The notes beneath the pieces are model-generated. The model was not told the DNA's origin. It did no database searches and saw only the letters and a list, made by a program, of their open reading frames with translations. Below are positions 62,522 through 64,000 of a stretch of 64,000 nucleotides of DNA, in pieces. Position 1 is the stretch's first letter. Each line of letters begins with the position of its first letter. The position numbers were made by a program, and so were the translations under genes. Origin of the DNA: Spizellomyces punctatus DAOM BR117 (taxonomy: Eukaryota); NCBI GenBank assembly GCA_000182565.2, contig KQ257458.1; one strand, given 5' to 3'.

Positions 62522-63067
62522 ATGACCATTCCCCGGCTTCTTCCTACACTTCTTCGGGACTTTGACCGAGCCTTCTCATCGCTAGAGGAACCTCTGTCAC
62601 AAGCTCTCTTTGCACGTCCGTTGCGTGGTGCACAAGCAGCGAACGTATATCGCCCGGCTGTTGATGTGTCTGAAACAAAGAATGCGTACCTTATCGAAGC
62701 AGAGCTACCAGGCGCCCGGCGTGAGGACATTGATTTAGAATTCACGGACAGCAATACCATTGTCGTAAAGGGGAACATTGGGCCAAAAGAAACTGCGCAG
62801 TCATACACAGACGCATCCTCAGCAACGTCGGAGGCCTCAGCTGTAACGACCAGCAACACTGATGCGCACACCCCTACAACCATCTCAGCGGAGATCCCTA
62901 CATATTGGACTCAGGAACGTACCCTCGGTTCTTTCCGAAGATCGTTTACGTTTCCGACAGCGGTAGATTCTGAGCGAGTACGAGCCGTCTTCAGAGACGG
63001 GGTTTTGTCAGTGCATGTGCCAAAACCTGAACAGAAGGTGAACAAGATCAGCATCACAGCGGAGTAA
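62522..63067 (+). CDS. Small heat-shock protein (Hsp20/alpha-crystallin)
   Basis: RPAVDVSET...YLIEAELPG, ERTLGSFRRSFTFP..VD...V.A...DGVLSVHVPK, C-terminal I-S-I motif. Confidence 0.95.
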   Translation: MTIPRLLPTLLRDFDRAFSSLEEPLSQALFARPLRGAQAANVYRPAVDVSETKNAYLIEAELPGARREDIDLEFTDSNTIVVKGNIGPKETAQSYTDASSATSEASAVTTSNTDAHTPTTISAEIPTYWTQERTLGSFRRSFTFPTAVDSERVRAVFRDGVLSVHVPKPEQKVNKISITAE

Positions 63068-64000
63068 CCAGTTTAGTGCATTAGTGTTGTTTTTAGTTTT
63101 TTTTGTTCTTTATGTAAACTCTGTTGTCTACCTTACTAGCATGGCTGTGTTTATTATAAATAAATCTGAATGAAAGATCAGTCATCCGAGATGGGCTGTT
63201 AATCTGACCCGCTTCTCCGCATCTTGTTGGGATGAGCGGAAGCCGGCCGAGGCATCGGTTCCCTCACATCATTTTAGCAGCAAATCCGTCAGTCTAATCA
63301 ACAAGTGGCAGGACCTGCCAAGGAGTTCCGGTAGCGTCTTTGCAAAATAATAAATATCAAGGAAAACCATCCCCCAAAGAAAACTTGGTCATGAAATTGG
63401 GTTATTGAAGAGGGCAAAGCAAAGAAAAAAAAAAAATAGCCAAGGTTTGACAACAGACATGTGAAAAGAAAGCCATGTACGTAAATGTATGTTGCATAAG
63501 CACTGCCGCGTGCCGCCCCTCATGGCTAAAGTGTTCTAGTGTTCTGGTCGTGGCAATACCTCTTACCAAACGTTTACCTGAACGACAAAAGGGCATCCTG
63601 ACACAAAAACACACATACAGTGACGGCTTTGCAAACAGCAGAGTCGGATGCTTTTTTGGCTTTTGCAGATGAGATCGTGAAAGCCGCTTGGAAACTTACC
63701 CAATAGCGACAGTTTTTGTCCACGTTGGGAAGGCCAACCGTTTGCCACCACAGCAAACCGTCTTCTCCAAGTTCCGACATTTTGTCATGCGCATTTTTTG
63801 TTTTTTGCCTTGCTCCCTTTTCGCTTTTTTTTCGCTCGTCATCGCTCGTCTTTTTGCTGCTTCAATACCCTTGAATTGGACAAACTGCGGCAGGAAGGGT
63901 CACCATGCTAAGCCTAGTTATCATCACGTGCATGTTTACCAGCGATATGTAAAGTGTGATATTTCACACTTTTCGTAGATACCAACGACAAAAGAAAAAA

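Overview
Eukaryotic, intron-rich fungal DNA with short (~50-60 nt) GT-AG introns; gene content points to a chytrid, probably Spizellomycetales (inference). Host genes: a cAMP-receptor-like GPCR, stomatin, glutamate decarboxylase, an SDR, two APC permeases, an F-box/WD40 protein, an OPT transporter, a histidine phosphatase, an ankyrin-TRP-like channel, PNS1, an arylesterase, an S9C peptidase, KGD1, a Gemin8-like protein, a secreted tyrosinase, chitin synthase and Hsp20. The main finding is a eukaryotic RNA-guided nuclease (Fanzor1/OMEGA) system in three pieces. (1) Two directly repeated, CpG-decayed Fanzor1 genes resembling SpuFz1 as I recall it (1-1098, partial, and 4169-6058, both minus strand); an omegaRNA-like hairpin follows the stop codon of the complete copy. 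(2) A ~740-bp Fanzor-less 'ghost' element (43004-43742) with 29-bp TIRs, a TA duplication and an apparently intact ~74-nt omegaRNA scaffold; it appears to have inserted into a TATA box upstream of the arylesterase gene. (3) A solo terminal palindrome at 13325-13350. The 1-15 kb region around the Fanzor copies also contains several short (33-170 bp) near-identical copies of neighbouring host exon, promoter and 3'-flank fragments, which look like templated double-strand-break repair scars. All identifications come from motif reading and recall; no database search was run, and coordinates of multi-exon genes are approximate.
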